From the IMG/VR virus record IMGVR_UViG_2671181064_000003: DNA of 24,754 bases; one strand, 5' to 3'. The translations under genes and the position numbers were made by a program. Below the pieces are notes generated by a model. The model was not told the origin of the DNA and ran no database searches. It saw only the letters and a program-made list of their open reading frames with translations. Numbering within the stretch: position 1 is the stretch's first letter; the number at the start of each line of letters is the position of its first letter. Positions 23,585 through 24,754 of the stretch are shown here, in pieces. This DNA comes from a virus (lineage: Duplodnaviria > Heunggongvirae > Uroviricota > Caudoviricetes).

Positions 23585-23596
23585 CGCCTTCCGCCC
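23585..23596 (-). other. cosN (cohesive-end site), placed by homology; predicted 12-nt overhang GGGCGGAAGGCG versus lambda GGGCGGCGACCT
   Basis: Flanks align base-for-base with lambda (…CAGGTTACG | cohesive end | CGCGGGTTTTCGC…). Gene coordinates from Nu1 to I map to lambda coordinates with a constant offset that places lambda position 1 at window 23596. Confidence 0.65.
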
Positions 23597-23632
23597 CGTA
23601 ACCTGTCGGATCGCCGGAAAGGACCCGCAAAA

Positions 23633-23647
23633 TGATAATAATTATCA
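23633..23647. promoter_or_regulatory. Perfect 7-1-7 palindrome TGATAAT-A-ATTATCA, Fur-box-like candidate operator
   Basis: 15-bp perfect inverted repeat read directly from the sequence. It matches the 7-1-7 description of Fur sites (TGATAATnATTATCA). Lies ~150 bp upstream of the RHH-like ORF and ~40 bp from cosN. Confidence 0.35.
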
Positions 23648-23795
23648 TCTACATGTCACAACGTGCATCTACGCCATCAAACCACGTCAAATAATCAATT
23701 ATGACGCAGGTATCGTATTAATTGATCTGCATCAACTTAACGTAAAAACAACTTCAGACAATACAAATCAGCGACACTGAATACAGGGCAACCTC

Positions 23796-24029
23796 ATGTC
23801 AACGAAGAACAGAACCCGCAGAACAACAACCCGCAACATCCGCTTTCCTAACCAAATGATTGAACAAATTAACATCGCTCTTGTTCAAAAAGGGTCCGGG
23901 AATTTCTCAGCCTGGGTCATTGAAGCCTGCCGCCGGAGACTGTGCTCAGAAAAAAGAGTTTCGCCTGAAGCAAACAAAGAAAAGAGTGACATTACTGAAT
24001 TGCTCAGAAAACAGGTTAGACCAGATTGA
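23796..24029 (+). CDS. Small basic protein with a ribbon-helix-helix-like (Arc/MetJ/CopG-type) motif, unknown function
   Basis: 77-aa ORF MSTKNRTRRTTTRNIRFPNQMIEQINIALVQKGSGNFSAWVIEACRRRL... The segment RNIRFPNQMIEQINIALVQKGSGNFSAWVIEACRR fits the strand-helix-helix pattern. Weak ribosome-binding site. Confidence 0.55.
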   Translation: MSTKNRTRRTTTRNIRFPNQMIEQINIALVQKGSGNFSAWVIEACRRRLCSEKRVSPEANKEKSDITELLRKQVRPD

Positions 24030-24086
24030 AGCAATTTAGATAATCGTGCAGACTACGCCCCCTCATATCACATGGAAGGTACTACA

Positions 24087-24497
24087 ATGGCTCAGGTTGC
24101 CATTTTTAAACAAATATTCGATAAAGTGCGAAATAATTTAAACTATCACTGGTTTTATTCTGAACTAAAACGTCACAATGTCTCACATTACATTTACTAT
24201 TTAGCCACAGAGAATATTCATCTTGTTCTTGAAAACGATAATACGGTTTTAATAAAAGGACAGGGTAAGGTTGTAAATGTAAGATTTTCAAAAAATAAAT
24301 GCCTTATAGAAGCCACCTTAAAAGGATTCAAATCAGGAGAGTTATCATTTTACGAATACAGGAAAAATCTTGCTACAGCAGGGGTTTTCAGATGGATTAC
24401 AAATATCCACGAAAACAAAAGGTATTACTATACCTTTGATAATTCATTACTCTTTACTGAGAACATACAGAACACTACACAAATATTTCCGCACTAA
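24087..24497 (+). CDS. YbcV-like protein (DUF1398 family), unknown function
   Basis: ORF 24072..24497 contains [58 protein letters not shown]...[26 protein letters not shown], which resembles E. coli DLP12 YbcV as I recall it. Start placed at the internal ATG (24087) giving 136 aa. Confidence 0.65.
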   Translation: MAQVAIFKQIFDKVRNNLNYHWFYSELKRHNVSHYIYYLATENIHLVLENDNTVLIKGQGKVVNVRFSKNKCLIEATLKGFKSGELSFYEYRKNLATAGVFRWITNIHENKRYYYTFDNSLLFTENIQNTTQIFPH

Positions 24498-24754
24498 ATC
24501 ATAACGTCCGGTTTCTTCCGTGCCAGAACCGGACTCGCTGGCATGATGAAATATGTGTACCCGGTAACCCCGGTGTGCATCGTTTTTGATTATTCCCGCA
24601 CACTCGCGCAGAAGGAGTTCCCCGTCGGGCTACGGTCTCTGTTAATACGGGAATACGGCGACGATTGGATTTGCCCCTATATTTCCAGACATCTGTTATC
24701 ACTTAACCCATTACAAGCCCGCTGCCGCAGATATTCCCGTGGCGAGCGATAACC

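Noticed and set aside
24499-24702. 67-aa minus-strand ORF
   Set aside because: Arg-rich with no ribosome-binding site, lying antisense in the intergenic region after the DUF1398 gene.

Overview
This window is the late (virion morphogenesis) arm of a lambda-like prophage from an enterobacterial, probably Escherichia/Shigella, draft assembly. All structural genes lie on the minus strand and run, from high to low coordinates, cos, Nu1, A, W, B, C/Nu3, D, E, FI, FII, Z, U, V, G/GT, H, M, L, K, I, J, lom, stf, tfa, with lambda spacing and overlaps. Gene identities rest on my recollection of phage lambda proteins read against the supplied ORF translations; no database search was run. I see no inserted moron, defence island or other new multi-gene system inside the structural module. 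The parts not explained by lambda morphogenesis are: an IS1 terminus at the window start (1-83); a ~750-bp AT-rich non-coding stretch (84-832) with a candidate small hydrophobic ORF and a strong intrinsic terminator; three N-runs (assembly gaps) in stf and J; a disrupted lom; a cosN whose cohesive-end sequence differs from lambda at six adjacent bases; a perfect Fur-box-like palindrome next to cos; and two small plus-strand genes beyond cos (a ribbon-helix-helix-like protein and a YbcV/DUF1398-like protein) of unknown function. These last items are the best candidates for follow-up, but each is a modest lead rather than a demonstrated new system.
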